From positions 2,542,001 to 2,606,000 of the forward strand of contig CM022674.1 in NCBI GenBank assembly GCA_012295275.1: a stretch of 64,000 nucleotides of DNA, in the 5' to 3' direction. The number at the start of each line of letters is the position of its first letter. The first letter of the stretch is position 1. A program made the translations under genes and the position numbers. This document shows positions 41,036 to 64,000 of this stretch, in pieces. Under the pieces are notes generated by a model, which did no database searches, was not told the origin of the DNA, and was given only the letters and a program-made list of their open reading frames with translations. The DNA comes from Chrysomallon squamiferum (lineage: Eukaryota > Animalia > Mollusca).

Positions 41036-41387
41036 AAGAAAAGAAGAAATATTAACTTAATATCACAGAATATATCACAGTCATCACAAATTAGTTTTAT
41101 AAAATGTTTAAAAAACATTCAAGACAAATTTTGCATTAACTAAAAATAAATAATCATATATACTCCAGCAAACATATTATGAATGATATGTAATGTATGT
41201 AGTCATTTAAAAAAAATATTTGAGATGAATGTATAAATATGCCAGTACAAATACATACAAATATATGTAGACAATGAATGTCACACAAATAAACACAAAA
41301 ATGTAAATGCATACATGTACATGCACAATTTCAGCTGAGAATGTATTCAAATTAATAATAATAATAATAATAATATTAACAATAAAA

Positions 41388-41444
<57 letters not shown>

Positions 41445-41731
41445 ATGTCAAGGCACAGTTAAAGAGAAAAGTGAAGTAATTAAAAGTTTAAAGCTGCAGA
41501 TTTAGTTTCTGATTGGTCATCTCTCATTACAAAATGAATGTCCACTGTCCAAACTGTATTTATAGCTTTCCACTGACCACTGTCCAGTTATCATTAACGA
41601 TTGTCCATTGTCAAAAAAGCATTTTCTAATCATAATCTTTTTTTTAAATTAGGAGAATTTGTCTGTAACACATAATGATGAAACAAGGATATTTTTTTTC
41701 AATTTCACAAAAATTAATATGAAATAATAAT

Positions 41732-41769
<38 letters not shown>

Positions 41770-42239
41770 AGCAGTGCCTAAGTCAGAATCTTTCAAACAG
41801 TATTCTGAAAAAAAAGACATAGCCAAGGATTTCATGAGAGATTTTGATTCCAAATGGTAAAAAATAGTTTTGGATGTTAATTCTGGTGAAAAAAAACCCA
41901 ACAGTTTAATAATTATTTTCTAATTTCAAATACCATGTAATCTAAAACACATTGAAATGTTTCATGGCACTTGGAAATTTGAAAATAAAATTACTGAGAA
42001 AAATTGGTCTGGTAAGTAATATGTTAAATGATTCATGAGATCTGAAAATTATATTTTAAAGGTTCTGTCAGACTGAAAGTGTGGAGAAAAAAAAAACAAG
42101 ATAACTACATATAATCAAAAATTACATTCTAATTCCCCAGGCAAGGACACTTTTTGAGTAAAAATGTGATGTTATAAATTATTATCTAGTTATATGCTGT
42201 TTACCATGTTCATATAAAATACTGTAAAAATTCAACTTC

Positions 42240-42500
42240 CCAGAAAATTATATCAAGGTTTCTGTAGGGGAGAACATGTAAAATTACCAATCACTATACT
42301 GTTTATCGTATGAGAAAGAGACTTTTAAAGCTAAAATTGCTTTAAAAGCTGAAAATTATATCAAGGCTTTTCTTGGGTAGAAAATGTAAAATTACAAATT
42401 ACAAATCACTATACTGTTTATCGTATGAGAAAGAGACTTTTAAAGCTAAAATTGCTTTAAAAGCTGAATAATTACATCAATGGCTTCACCTGGAAGGAAA
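42240..42500. repeat. ~115-bp tandem duplication (about 2.3 copies) just 3' of the NPHP4 stop
   Basis: aatcactatactgtttatcgtatgagaaagagacttttaaagctaaaattgctttaaaagctgaa occurs twice. Confidence 0.85.
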
Positions 42501-42545
42501 AAAAAAAAAAACAACAAAATCATCACATATTCTCACTGTCCAGGT

Positions 42546-63239
<20,694 letters not shown>

Positions 63240-63604
63240 CTGGAATAAAATAAAGTAAAGTAAAGTAAAGTAAAGTAAAGTAAAGTAAAGTAAAGTAAAA
63301 TAAAATAAAATAAAGTAAGGTAAAGTAAAATAAAATAAAGTAAAGTAAAATAAAATAAAATAAAGTAACATAAAGTAAAGTAAAGTAGTAAAGTAAAGTA
63401 AAGTAAAGTAAAATAAAGTAAAACAAAGCAAAGCAAAGCAAAGCAAAGCAAAGCAAAGCAAAGCAAAGCAAAGCAAAGTAAAATAAAATAAAATAAATTA
63501 AAATAAATTAAAATAAAATAAATTAAAATAAAATAAAATAAATAACATAACATAACAATATCCTAAATAAAGAGAGCTAGAGTGAAACAGAGAGAAAAAC
63601 ACAA

Positions 63605-63694
<90 letters not shown>

Positions 63695-64000
63695 CAGACA
63701 GACAGAAACACAAGAAATAGACACTGATAGGGGAGAGACTGATTTAGGATTTAAAACTTAAATAAACAATCTACTTTCAACAGTAACTAATGACTGCACT
63801 GTTTGTTTCTCTAACAATGAATCCAGGCTCAAACCGGCTATTTTCACAAATCGTGCAGCTATCTGAATTGTTCCAAAAATAAAACTCATGACTTCAAAGA
63901 CATAAAAGACACAAAAGAGAAGATAAAATCAGTTACGTGCACTAGTTATGATAAAGGTATTTACTTTCATGTAAAATCCAATCTTAAATGCCCTGTGACC

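Overview
AT-rich, microsatellite-dense animal genomic DNA with spliceosomal GT-AG introns. An invertebrate, probably mollusc-like lophotrochozoan, origin is an inference. Almost all ORFs in the supplied track are simple-repeat artefacts. Three genes can be rebuilt exon by exon by hand. (1) VKORC1-like vitamin K epoxide reductase (minus strand, 162 aa): exons 2+3 occur twice in tandem but share a single exon 1. (2) A GRHPR-like D-2-hydroxyacid dehydrogenase (plus strand, 3 coding exons, about 321 aa) whose catalytic Arg/Glu/His and NAD-binding glycine loop are substituted, so it is a probable pseudoenzyme; CRE, MEF2 and ERR-type motifs flank it. (3) The 3' part (23 exons) of nephrocystin-4, NPHP4 (minus strand, 5' end outside the window), with a 1-nt frameshift in the last exon and three introns where the exon end plus splice donor is tandemly re-duplicated. 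Also present are a foldback MITE, other non-autonomous DNA-transposon fragments, several minisatellites, and a sharp CpG-rich to CpG-poor transition near 39.2 kb. Human residue numbers are recalled, not looked up.
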